This document shows positions 1 to 8,604 of a stretch of 64,000 bases of DNA, piece by piece. The first letter of the stretch is position 1. Each line of letters starts with the position of its first letter. The position numbers were made by a program, and so were the translations under genes. The stretch is from a bacterium (GTDB lineage Bacteria > Patescibacteriota > Microgenomatia > UBA1400 > UBA12108). Location: the NCBI GenBank assembly GCA_021788365.1, contig JAJYKS010000003.1, positions 6,283-70,282 of the forward strand, in the 5' to 3' direction. The notes beneath the pieces were generated by a model, which was not told the DNA's origin, searched no databases, and was given only the letters and a program-made list of their open reading frames with translations.

Positions 1-405
1 CCATCTCGACCATTGTCTCTAGCATGGAGGCCTCGGCCATGCCCCCACCAACAACGTCACCGTAGAGACAAATTCTCGCTCCGGAAAGTACCTTTCGTAC
101 CGCATCCCCCAAACGAATGGGTGCGGCGACGACAACCCGAACTCCTCCACTTATCAAGCTTTGCAGATAGGGATACCAAGGGGCGAGTGCGGGAGTGGCG
201 CAGGCAACTACGTAATCGATGTCTTTATTTTCTGCAAATTGGGTTAGGCGACTATCTCCTGGCTTGGAGGTGGCCGGATCAAGCACGAGTACCTCTAGGC
301 CATACCGAGCAAATCCGCCGCTAATGGGTGTCGTAAGCGGACCGGGTCCGGCGAGTACAAGTACCCCCTCCTCATGGGAAATGACTTCAAGAGATTGGGC
401 AGACA
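1..405 (-). CDS. Partial CDS (N-terminal part; continues beyond window start), Rossmann-like hypothetical protein
   Basis: Reverse-strand ATG at 403-405; the frame stays open to the window edge. Translation MSAQSLEVISHEEGVLVLAGPGPLTTPISGG... has a Gly-rich nucleotide-binding-like motif. No family recognised. Confidence 0.35.
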
Positions 406-816
406 TACCTATCAGTTTATCAGTTAACCGGCGAGCCGGCGAATCCTTTGGCGGGCTCACGACTATGCCAGTTGCCTATTTTATTGACGTGCCGGTACGC
501 AACACGTAGTTTTTTTGTCCTATATCACGTACTTCCCTATTTATGTTCTTTGTTTGTACGTTTTATTTCGTTTTGTTTGCTCGATATCCGCCTCTTTCTT
601 TTCCCCCCTTTTTTGTATGTACGTTTTTCCACGTTTTTTCTTGGTCTGTAAGTTAACCTTCGTTACAACGTTTTTTGTGAGAATTATATATGGCCGATAG
701 TAGTATTCACCGCGACGGTAGACCAGTTAGTCAGCTAGTCGATGGGTCGGTTTATCGGCAAGTCAGAAAATTTAGGGTTGGTGGGAATTGAGCACGGAGT
801 AGCAGGTCAGATTATA

Positions 817-1260
817 TTAAGTCCGTGAGTCTAGTGCCTCATTCACAAGGCCATCTGCTATTGAGTTGCCGGAGCGATACGTGTGAGAAATGTTCCACTT
901 TGGCAGCTTGGCGAGTAGCCCCCTCACCTCTTGAAATCTCGGGAACAAATCAGGGCTTTTTACCTTGTAGAGGCCTTTTACCTGGTTGACTATGAGGAGT
1001 GAGTCCATTTTGATCTCGAGCTCAGCCTGTGGCTCGTGTTCTAGGACCCACTTTACCCCGGCAATGAGGCCTGCATATTCTGCTTGATTGTTGGTTGTCA
1101 CCCCAAGATAATTACCGCATTTTTCCAGAACGATTGCCGCACCAGGGGTAATTTTCTCCTTTGTCGAAGCTCCGGCGGACAGGTCGTAAATAACATAGCC
1201 GTAGGCGGCTGGGCCTGGATTGCCCCGCGAACCACCATCGGTTTGAAGAAGTAAGCGCAT
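817..1260 (-). CDS. rnhA: Ribonuclease H (RNase HI-like)
   Basis: 147 aa. N-terminal LLLQTDGGSRGNPGPAAYGYVI and downstream acidic residues are typical of the RNase H fold. Confidence 0.7.
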   Translation of the reverse strand: MRLLLQTDGGSRGNPGPAAYGYVIYDLSAGASTKEKITPGAAIVLEKCGNYLGVTTNNQAEYAGLIAGVKWVLEHEPQAELEIKMDSLLIVNQVKGLYKVKSPDLFPRFQEVRGLLAKLPKWNISHTYRSGNSIADGLVNEALDSRT

Positions 1261-1278
1261 AGATTTATGATTCAGGAT

Positions 1279-2484
1279 TTACGATTTATGTGAGCAGTAT
1301 AGCAGACCAAGGAGGATTATCAGCTCGGTGAGGCCGGTGTTTACGGCGGCGGCATAGGCGCCGTAATGGGGGATCGTGAGCAGGTTTGCCATAATATTGA
1401 AAGTTGCGGCAATCATATATGCGCCCAAGACTGACATGTCGCGGCGGGTACCTATCAATTTCCACATGAGTGGAGCGGTGACGTAAAAAAACGGGAGCGA
1501 GACTGCAAGCAGGCGCAAAAGCGTAATACTTTCCCCGAGTCCGGGTCGAATCAAGCTCAAATACGGTGCGCCAACATATGTTGCCAGAGCTGCGAGCACA
1601 CCGAGCACCAGGAGTGAAGTGGTGGTGGCTTTTACTATCTTGGCAGCTGCGGCATTTTCTAGCTTTACTAGCAGTGGATATGCGGCGTTCATGGTAAAGA
1701 CGGGTACTACCAGTATTACCTCAAAAATGCGGTAGACAAATCCATACTGGCCAACCTCAGTGGCGCTTCTCTGCACTCCTAAAATTATTGTGTCTGCTTT
1801 TGCCGCTACAACACTTGCCAGTAGGATCGCGCCAATACCAAGTGAGCGGTGGAGCAGCGAGACAATTCGACGTGGATTTGAGGTGAGCGAAAACGCATCT
1901 TTTCCTAGATATATAGCAACGCCTGCAATTACCAGGTAACCCGCGGTATTTGCATACACCAACCCCCATAGTGATGGTGAGAAAAAAATGCACCAGATGG
2001 TAAGCGCGCTTCCAATCACTGAGCCAACGATTGTCGCCACTGCCGATTTCCAGTACTGTTCGGAAAATTGAAACCAGGCATTTATGGAGGTGTATAGTCC
2101 TTGGAAAATTATGGCGATTGAACCCACAAAGAAGACGCTTTTTACTGCGGGCGTGTAACCACCACCGAGCATTATAACAAAACCATTTAAGATGCTTACG
2201 GCAAGCGCTGACAAAAGAAGGCGTGTGACAACAACGTCGGCAAGGGTTCGTGTCTTATCTCCGCCTCGCCCAAGATGTCGAACGGCTTCGGCGTTTATCC
2301 CAAAATCAATAGCGGTGAAGCCTATTGCCACCAAAACAAGTGTTTTTGTGAGGTCGCCAAAGAGTCCCGGCCCGGCGAGGCGAATAATATATATCGTTGT
2401 TACTAGCGTGAGGCCTGCTCCGACAAATTTTGCCACCAATTGGGCGAGCGTATTATTTACTATGCTTTTGTAGGAGTGGTGCAT
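1279..2484 (-). CDS. Polytopic membrane protein, oligosaccharide flippase (Wzx/MurJ-superfamily)-like
   Basis: 401 aa with about 10-12 hydrophobic helices. A TATACT -10 box lies 6 nt before the ATG. Confidence 0.45.
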   Translation of the reverse strand: MHHSYKSIVNNTLAQLVAKFVGAGLTLVTTIYIIRLAGPGLFGDLTKTLVLVAIGFTAIDFGINAEAVRHLGRGGDKTRTLADVVVTRLLLSALAVSILNGFVIMLGGGYTPAVKSVFFVGSIAIIFQGLYTSINAWFQFSEQYWKSAVATIVGSVIGSALTIWCIFFSPSLWGLVYANTAGYLVIAGVAIYLGKDAFSLTSNPRRIVSLLHRSLGIGAILLASVVAAKADTIILGVQRSATEVGQYGFVYRIFEVILVVPVFTMNAAYPLLVKLENAAAAKIVKATTTSLLVLGVLAALATYVGAPYLSLIRPGLGESITLLRLLAVSLPFFYVTAPLMWKLIGTRRDMSVLGAYMIAATFNIMANLLTIPHYGAYAAAVNTGLTELIILLGLLYCSHKS

Positions 2485-2508
2485 GAGACAAGTATATCGG
2501 TAGATCCG

Positions 2509-3918
2509 CTAGTCGGCGAGCCGGTTAGCCGGTTTGTCGGTTTTCCAGACGATGCGGAAATAGAGAAGCAATACGAATAATCCCTGGGGGGAGGTGAGGA
2601 AATAGTGGTCAAGAAGCAGAAGGGGGAGGAGGGGGAGCGCTTGCACAATTTCCGATTTCCAATTTCCAATTTTTAAAAGCTGGGCTACCGAGACTATTCC
2701 GGCAAAGCCAAACCAGGACAAGAAGAGGGTAAAAGCGTCATGGTCGGGCTGTAGGAGCCGGAGAGTAGGCGTGACGGCGGGGTAGGTAGAGATGCTGGCG
2801 CTTGCACCGGAGCCGAAGATCGGATATGAGCGAATAATTGAAAAGGAAGTATTTTGCAAACGCAGTCTATCAAAAACGGAAAGATCTAGAGATCGGGTGA
2901 GGGTACCAGAAGAGAGAAGAGAGAGTAAAGATACTAGGAGAACAAAGAAATACAGAATCCGAACGCGTAGAGACCGCAATAGACAACAGGGAATAACTAT
3001 TCCAAAGAGGGCGAAAGCGGCGGTGCGGGACTCTGTAAGAAAAACGCCGAGTGCGGCAAGGATAATCGCAAGGGTACCAACAAGGTCCAACCTCGTAGCC
3101 ATAAAGGCTACAAGATCGGACCTTCCGACGCTAGCGGTATTTGCCGACCTTGGTCGTTGCAGTCCGACCAACCTCACCGTTATCAAACTAGCTATTACAA
3201 GCCAACCAGCGAGCACGTTGGGGTGAGAGAACGTTCCATACGCGCGAAGCATCGTGTGACCAAAAAATGAGGCTGTGGCGACGGTAGGTGCCCCCACGGC
3301 AATGGCGCGTTCTCCAAACCAATAGAGAATTCCTTGGAGACTATGGCCGAGGGCCACTTGGATCGCACCAAGGGCTACCTGAAAGAGTGCGGAGGCGACG
3401 AGGATATAGGGAATGGTGGATAGAAAATTGGAGGACAGGGATAATATAAATACTGCGTACAGCAGGAGATGCAGCGACCAAGAAAGGGTGGCGAGTGGGT
3501 TTGCCGAGAAAAGGAGGTTGACAAGGAGAAGGGGTACAATAATTTCCAAGTTCCAATTTTCAATTTTCAGTGAATGTTCAAGTTTCAATTTTATAAAAAG
3601 ATATATGATAATCAGCAAGTCGAGCATGTAGAGCGTGGGGGAGAGGTAGTCGACGCGGATACCATATATCAGCGCCGAGTCCGGCCAAAAATGGCGGCCG
3701 AGTTCGGTAGCCGAGAAAAAGACTATGAGAAAACCCAAGCCTTGTTCAAGTGCGTGGCGCAATGAATACGCGGCGGTCGGGTCCTTCCCCTTGGGAGAAT
3801 GTCGTAAACTTGCCATTATCCTTGAACATAAGATGAATCTCGCGGCGTTCTGAGGCGGACAACGGAGGAAGAGCTCGGGGAGAGCCGGCGGCGGCAACTT
3901 CTCGCTGCACCCTGTCAA
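2509..3918 (-). CDS. Polytopic membrane protein (O-antigen ligase/polymerase-like); carries two in-frame heptamer-repeat insertions
   Basis: 469 aa and highly hydrophobic. The peptides ENWNLEI and GNWKSEI are encoded by AATTTCC/AATTTTC heptamer repeat copies at 2647-2675 and 3541-3594. Confidence 0.4.
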   Translation of the reverse strand: MTGCSEKLPPPALPELFLRCPPQNAARFILCSRIMASLRHSPKGKDPTAAYSLRHALEQGLGFLIVFFSATELGRHFWPDSALIYGIRVDYLSPTLYMLDLLIIIYLFIKLKLEHSLKIENWNLEIIVPLLLVNLLFSANPLATLSWSLHLLLYAVFILSLSSNFLSTIPYILVASALFQVALGAIQVALGHSLQGILYWFGERAIAVGAPTVATASFFGHTMLRAYGTFSHPNVLAGWLVIASLITVRLVGLQRPRSANTASVGRSDLVAFMATRLDLVGTLAIILAALGVFLTESRTAAFALFGIVIPCCLLRSLRVRILYFFVLLVSLLSLLSSGTLTRSLDLSVFDRLRLQNTSFSIIRSYPIFGSGASASISTYPAVTPTLRLLQPDHDAFTLFLSWFGFAGIVSVAQLLKIGNWKSEIVQALPLLPLLLLDHYFLTSPQGLFVLLLYFRIVWKTDKPANRLAD

Positions 3919-4210
3919 CCATACCTTTTAGCGTCTCCAGTCGGCGGCTGCGATATCCAGCAACGTCAACTACTACGTGGCGATGTTCGACTTGATCGCG
4001 ATTTAGCATCATGGACAGTAGCAGTTGCATGGCGTCAAGCGTTGCGGCAAAACGACCAATAAAACGACCCGCCTCGGATTCGGGGACGTCGATCACGACC
4101 GTAATCATCTCTTCTGTTTCAGAGACAATAATCCTGTCTTCAATAAGGCCGAAGAGGCCACAGAATTGTTTTATTACCTTAGTTTCATCGTTTGTAACCA
4201 CGAGCGCCAC
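3746..4210 (-). CDS. jag: Jag/KhpB R3H-domain RNA-binding protein
   Basis: 154 aa with KH-like and R3H-like C-terminal sequence. It sits immediately downstream of yidC in the conserved yidC-jag arrangement and overlaps the yidC 3' end. Confidence 0.65.
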   Translation of the reverse strand: MALVVTNDETKVIKQFCGLFGLIEDRIIVSETEEMITVVIDVPESEAGRFIGRFAATLDAMQLLLSMMLNRDQVEHRHVVVDVAGYRSRRLETLKGMVDRVQREVAAAGSPRALPPLSASERREIHLMFKDNGKFTTFSQGEGPDRRVFIAPRT

Positions 4211-4952
4211 CTTTCTTCATAATTTTGTTCCAATACAACGTGAGGCCACCTGGGCCTGAGACAACGAGCTGTTGCGCTAGTGAAAAGGCGGTTGTTATCA
4301 CCCAATAGACCGCAAGGCCCGAAGGGAATTGCAGTGCAAAGATTACCGTCATTAGAGGCATCATAAAAACCATTTGTTGCTGCATGGATTGCGCCATTTC
4401 GGCTATATCTTCCTTTTGAGCTTTTGTGCCTTCGCGCTTTTCTGGCTCGTTTTCCACTGCTGGCAGAAGCGCAACTGAGGCTAAGAGTTGGAGGACGCCG
4501 GCTAGGATGGGGAGGGAATATGTTGGATCTTTTACTTTTAAATCCCAGATAAGCCAGTGGGTATTGACTGCGACGCCGGCTAGGGCACCTTGGCCGAGCG
4601 AGTCGATAAAAACGCGGTACAGCGCGATCAATACGATAAATTGCACAATCATGGGAAGACAGCCAGAGGCGGGGTTGATGTTGTGATTCTTATAGAACTC
4701 GAGCTGTTTTTGTTGGAGAAGCTTTGTGTCGTGCCCGTGCTTTTTCTTTAGTGCGTCAAGTTCTGGCTTTAGGTCCGCCATTTTTTTGGCAGCCTTTATT
4801 GAGGGTAATACAAAGGGAATTAGGATGGCGCGAATTCCTACTGTGAGCACTATGATCGCAAGGCCAAGGTTGTTCCCAAGAATGTGGTAGAGCCATAACA
4901 AGCTCTGCAGTAGGGGGCTGTAGAAGAGGGCGTTCCAAAGATTTATCATATT
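4185..4952 (-). CDS. yidC: Membrane protein insertase YidC
   Basis: YidC/Oxa1 core (ASGCLPMIVQFIVLIALYRVF..., LPILAGVLQLL...) in the conserved rpmH-rnpA-yidD-yidC order. The ORF track starts at a TTG at 4961; the ATG at 4950-4952 (MINLWN) is the likelier start. Confidence 0.85.
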   Translation of the reverse strand, partial: NMINLWNALFYSPLLQSLLWLYHILGNNLGLAIIVLTVGIRAILIPFVLPSIKAAKKMADLKPELDALKKKHGHDTKLLQQKQLEFYKNHNINPASGCLPMIVQFIVLIALYRVFIDSLGQGALAGVAVNTHWLIWDLKVKDPTYSLPILAGVLQLLASVALLPAVENEPEKREGTKAQKEDIAEMAQSMQQQMVFMMPLMTVIFALQFPSGLAVYWVITTAFSLAQQLVVSGPGGLTLYWNKIMKKGGARGYKR

Positions 4953-4984
4953 AATTTTCAATTTTCAGTTTACAATTTTCAAAT

Positions 4985-5239
4985 TCAGGGGACGGGGTCA
5001 TAGCCCCCGGCACTCCATGGGTGACATTTTAGCAGGCGGAGCACAGATAACCAAGCGCCCTTTATGAGTCCGTGCTTTGTAAGGGCAGTTTTGGCGTAGA
5101 GCGAACACGTGGGGGTATAGCGGCAACTTCCGTGTGCAAGACCAAGATTAGTTGCAACGGCTTTAAGATAGGGGGAGGTTTTCCGCCAAAGGTAATAGGG
5201 GGCGGAAATAATTTTTAATTTATAATTTTTAATTTTCAT
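4985..5239 (-). CDS. yidD: Membrane protein insertion efficiency factor YidD
   Basis: 84 aa with [11 protein letters not shown]...GGYDPVP, the hallmark YidD motifs. Confidence 0.8.
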   Translation of the reverse strand: MKIKNYKLKIISAPYYLWRKTSPYLKAVATNLGLAHGSCRYTPTCSLYAKTALTKHGLIKGAWLSVLRLLKCHPWSAGGYDPVP

Positions 5240-5258
5240 TCAAATCTCAATTCACAAG

Positions 5259-5576
5259 TTACAAACTTTTTAGTTCTAAAATGATTTGAGTGTTGGCTGT
5301 ACGAGATTTTTTGAGAGCAATTGGTTTGTAGACCACAACACAGTCAAGATTTTTATCTTTAATTAGCGGCCAAAGGGTGTCGTAGGTTATGCGCCTTAGC
5401 CAATTGCGGGTCGTTGCCAACTTGGAAAGCTTCCTTGAAACAATCACGGCGAGGCGAGAAGGGTTGGGAGACGGGGCATAGTAAAACGTAAAGTGCGGCG
5501 TCGTCGAGCGCTTGGCTTGAACACGAAAATTGATAAGTTTTGTGCGGAGCGGAAACTTCCTTGACCGAGGGATCAT
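5259..5576 (-). CDS. rnpA: RNase P protein component
   Basis: 105 aa, basic. The RLAVIVSRKLSKLATTRNWLRR motif and its position after rpmH fit rnpA. Confidence 0.8.
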   Translation of the reverse strand: MIPRSRKFPLRTKLINFRVQAKRSTTPHFTFYYAPSPNPSRLAVIVSRKLSKLATTRNWLRRITYDTLWPLIKDKNLDCVVVYKPIALKKSRTANTQIILELKSL

Positions 5577-5585
5577 GAAGCTATT

Positions 5586-5720
5586 TTATACCGTTAGCTT
5601 TTTACGGCCTTCGGCGCGGCGGCGAGATAAGACTTGACGACCTTTATGGGTGCTCATGCGCTTTAAGAAACCGTGGACGTTGCGGCGTTTGGCTTTTTTA
5701 GGCTGATAAGTACGTTTCAT
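5586..5720 (-). CDS. rpmH: 50S ribosomal protein L34 (not in the supplied ORF track; below its size cutoff)
   Basis: The reverse-strand translation [44 protein letters not shown] (44 aa) is canonical L34. Confidence 0.85.
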   Translation of the reverse strand: MKRTYQPKKAKRRNVHGFLKRMSTHKGRQVLSRRRAEGRKKLTV

Positions 5721-5851
5721 ATAGTGTGAATTTTAACAAATGGGAGAGGATTTGTCACGGAGGGATATACTTCCGTCGTATTGTCCGCTGTGGATAACTT
5801 GTGTATAGTCATCCTATCCTGCCTTGATTTTTTATTGCTGTTTTAGGGGTA
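5721..5851. promoter_or_regulatory. rpmH-dnaA intergenic region with a perfect DnaA box and an AT-rich stretch (oriC part / dnaA promoter)
   Basis: TGTGGATAA (reverse complement of TTATCCACA) lies at about 5779-5787. An AT-rich run (ttgattttttattgctgtttta) and the SD AGGGG precede the dnaA ATG. Confidence 0.5.
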
Positions 5852-7222
5852 ATGCGAATGGATATTATTTCTACATGGAAAGCAGTACAGGCAGACCTCG
5901 AGCTCTCCATTTCCCCCGTCCACTATTCCACGTGGATCCGCCCACTTTCGCTCACCTCCCTTGAGACAATGTCAGACGGCAGTCATCTTGCCTCCGTTCT
6001 CACCCCCTCCGCATACCATCAACAGATTGTTACTCAACGATACCTTGGACAGCTTGAGCGGAGTTTGGGGCGGGTTTTAGGCGGAAAGACAACGTTGTCT
6101 GTACTTGTTGGTCGGGATGCAACGGAGTCCGTTTCCAGTAAACACCTCAAGCAGCAGGCTGCCCCCTCGCTTTTTTCACCCAATACACTTGCGCCACCCA
6201 CTCCAACAGGCTCTCATAATCTAAACCCTAAATATACCTTTGACACCTATATCGTAGGTGCATCTAACAACTTTGCGCATGCTGCGGCAGTGGGTGTGGC
6301 AAAGACTCCTGGTACGCGCTATAACCCGCTTTTTATCTATGGTGGTGTGGGGCTTGGTAAAACCCACCTTATGCATGCCATCGGCCACGCGATTTTTTCT
6401 GACCACCCCGATTGGGACATTATGTATATTTCGGCCGAAACTTTTGGGAGTGATCTTATCGCTAGCTTACAGAACAAGCGAACGGCACAGTTTAAGAAAA
6501 AATATCGCTCACCAAATGTTCTTCTTGTGGATGACGTGCAGTTTATCGCTGGGAAAGAATATATCCAAGAAGAATTTTTCCACACCTTTAATGAACTCTA
6601 TTTGTCCGGGCGACAAATTGTTATGACTAGCGATCGCCCGCCGCAAGAAATTTCGAGGATTGAAGAGCGTCTATCGTCACGATTCATGGGCGGGCTTACT
6701 GTCGACATCCAGCTTCCTGATTTTGAGACACGAGTGGCCATACTCACCCAGAAATGTCAATCTCTGGGCGTACCGGTCCCCGCGGAGGCCCTTTCCCTCA
6801 TCGCCGAACGGTCGCCAACCAATATCCGAGAGCTTGAGGGAGTTCTCCAGACGATCCTTTCCAAGGCTGCTCCAGGCACCGATCTGACTAGCAATGTCGT
6901 TCGCGAGTACTTTGGCACTGAACACGAGCGGCGGAGCCAACGGGTGCGTCCCAATGCCGTCATCGCCAAGACTGCACAATATTTTGACTTTAAACCATCT
7001 GAGCTCACCGGTAGCAGTAGAAAAGCGCCCTTAGTTGCAGCTCGGCATGTCGCCATGTATCTTCTCTACGTTGATTTTGACTTACCCTATGAACAAATAG
7101 GCGATCTTTTTGGGGGGCGCGACCATACAACCGTTATGCATGCCGTCGAGAAGGTGGCGGGGGAGCTCAAAACCCAAGCTGAGATTGCCAAGATAATTGC
7201 CGATATTAAACATGGGCTGTAA
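5852..7222 (+). CDS. dnaA: Chromosomal replication initiator DnaA
   Basis: 456 aa with the AAA+ Walker A GGVGLGKTHL, sensor motifs, and a C-terminal DNA-binding domain (VAMYLLYVDFDLPYEQIGDLFGGRDHTTVMHA). Confidence 0.95.
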   Translation: MRMDIISTWKAVQADLELSISPVHYSTWIRPLSLTSLETMSDGSHLASVLTPSAYHQQIVTQRYLGQLERSLGRVLGGKTTLSVLVGRDATESVSSKHLKQQAAPSLFSPNTLAPPTPTGSHNLNPKYTFDTYIVGASNNFAHAAAVGVAKTPGTRYNPLFIYGGVGLGKTHLMHAIGHAIFSDHPDWDIMYISAETFGSDLIASLQNKRTAQFKKKYRSPNVLLVDDVQFIAGKEYIQEEFFHTFNELYLSGRQIVMTSDRPPQEISRIEERLSSRFMGGLTVDIQLPDFETRVAILTQKCQSLGVPVPAEALSLIAERSPTNIRELEGVLQTILSKAAPGTDLTSNVVREYFGTEHERRSQRVRPNAVIAKTAQYFDFKPSELTGSSRKAPLVAARHVAMYLLYVDFDLPYEQIGDLFGGRDHTTVMHAVEKVAGELKTQAEIAKIIADIKHGL

Positions 7223-7460
7223 TGTGGATAACTATGGGGAAAAGTCTGTGGATAGGTGAGTGGAAAGTGGTAGGAAAACTAACCCATGTTATGGGTAAAA
7301 GTGGAGAAGTTTGGGGTTATACACCACCCGCTAAGTTATCCCCAGTTTTATCCACCGCGTTTTCCCCCACTCCTACTCGACATGTTTTCCGGAAATCCAC
7401 CGCGCCTACTAGTACTACTACCTTAATTATCTATAATAGGGGGATCATAAAGGAGCCATT
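7223..7460. promoter_or_regulatory. dnaA-dnaN intergenic DnaA-box cluster (candidate oriC)
   Basis: The region holds TGTGGATAA (7224-7232), TGTGGATAG, TTATCCCCA and TTATCCACC. A canonical SD AAAGGAG precedes dnaN. Confidence 0.55.
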
Positions 7461-8558
7461 ATGAATATTGAGATTTTACAGGAACAGCTTGCTAGCGGGC
7501 TCACCTCCGTGCTTCGTGCCGTGTCGTCTCGAGCTCAGCTCCCCGTGCTCTCCCATGTACTTCTTGAAGCTACGGCCGATGGGATTACTTTATCGGCAAC
7601 AGATCTAGAACTGGGTATTCGTATAAAGATCCCCGCTAAAGTTAGCGAGCCCGGAACCATTACCGTGCCCGCCAAGATGCTTTTTGAGTTTCTTTCATCG
7701 CTATCCCCGGGGAAGGTGTCGCTGGCTTTTGCGGGGGAGACGCTTACCGTAGCCTCTGGTTCATATTCGGCAAGTTTCCAGACCCTTCCCGTTGAGGAGT
7801 TCCCCACCCTTCCCGTTTTTACCAAAGAAATTATGGTTGCGACTATTAGGCTCTCGGACTTGACGAGGTCAGCAGATCGAGTAACCTTTGCAAGTGCCAA
7901 GGACACTTTGCGGCCGGCACTTACTGGCGTTCTCCTTGAGTCGGGAAAGGAATTGACTTGTGTTGCAACAGATGGGTTTCGCCTGGCCGTACAAAAAATT
8001 CCGGTTACTTCTGGTAGCGGATTCGCAACATCTCTACTCGTTCCTGCTCGAGCAATCGGAGAAGTGGCCCGGACGGCATTCCCCGAAACCATAGATGTTG
8101 GTTATATTGCCGAGTCGCATCAGCTGCTTTTTTCCTCCCCTGAAACGATGGTAGTGACACAGCTTTTAGATGGCAACTTTCCTGATTATGGGAAAATTCT
8201 TCCCAAGGAGTTTACTTCGGAGCTTTTACTTTCCCGAGCTGAGTTGCTGCAAGCTGTTAAGGCTGCCCATATTTTTGCACGCGACAACTCCAATATGATG
8301 CGGTGGAAGGTGGAAAAAAAAGAACTAACCATCTCTGCGCGCAGTCCCGAGCGAGGGGAGTGTGTGGTTCGGGTGCCAATTACCACTACCGGCGAAGATG
8401 GGGAAATAGTATTTAACACAAAATATATTCTGGATTATTTGGGCGTTGCCGAGGCTGACGAGCTATGGTTCGGGATGAAGGGCTCGCTTGCTCCCGGAAT
8501 GTTCCGCGATGGAAAAAGTGACACCGGGATGTATGTTGTTATGCCAATAAATGCGTAG
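7461..8558 (+). CDS. dnaN: DNA polymerase III beta sliding clamp
   Basis: 365 aa with a three-domain clamp pattern (LLEATADGITLSATDLELGI...). It directly follows dnaA. Confidence 0.9.
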   Translation: MNIEILQEQLASGLTSVLRAVSSRAQLPVLSHVLLEATADGITLSATDLELGIRIKIPAKVSEPGTITVPAKMLFEFLSSLSPGKVSLAFAGETLTVASGSYSASFQTLPVEEFPTLPVFTKEIMVATIRLSDLTRSADRVTFASAKDTLRPALTGVLLESGKELTCVATDGFRLAVQKIPVTSGSGFATSLLVPARAIGEVARTAFPETIDVGYIAESHQLLFSSPETMVVTQLLDGNFPDYGKILPKEFTSELLLSRAELLQAVKAAHIFARDNSNMMRWKVEKKELTISARSPERGECVVRVPITTTGEDGEIVFNTKYILDYLGVAEADELWFGMKGSLAPGMFRDGKSDTGMYVVMPINA

Positions 8559-8604
8559 AGGTATTTGGTGCGTCAGTATATCGGCTTGTCGGCAAATCGG
8601 TTTT

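Noticed and set aside
13-700. Plus-strand ORFs 13-324, 219-509, 448-651, 515-700
   Set aside because: 13-324 and 219-509 lie opposite the better minus-strand partial gene (1-405). 448-651 and 515-700 translate the pyrimidine tract into Phe/Leu-rich nonsense.
2647-5265. Heptamer repeat copies as a degenerate CRISPR array or as simple AT-rich low complexity
   Set aside because: The unit is 7 nt tandem with no spacers and no cas genes. Copies are dispersed over 56 kb, and several lie inside coding sequence where they preserve the frame, which is the behaviour of a dispersed insertion element rather than CRISPR.
7535-8092. 185-aa antisense ORF inside dnaN (and similar antisense ORFs, e.g. 1757-1993, 6221-6406, 16161-16847, 51494-52753, 29569-30177)
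   Set aside because: These are fully embedded opposite well-supported conserved genes, with Ser/Arg/Pro-rich composition typical of GC-rich antisense frames and no motifs or start context.
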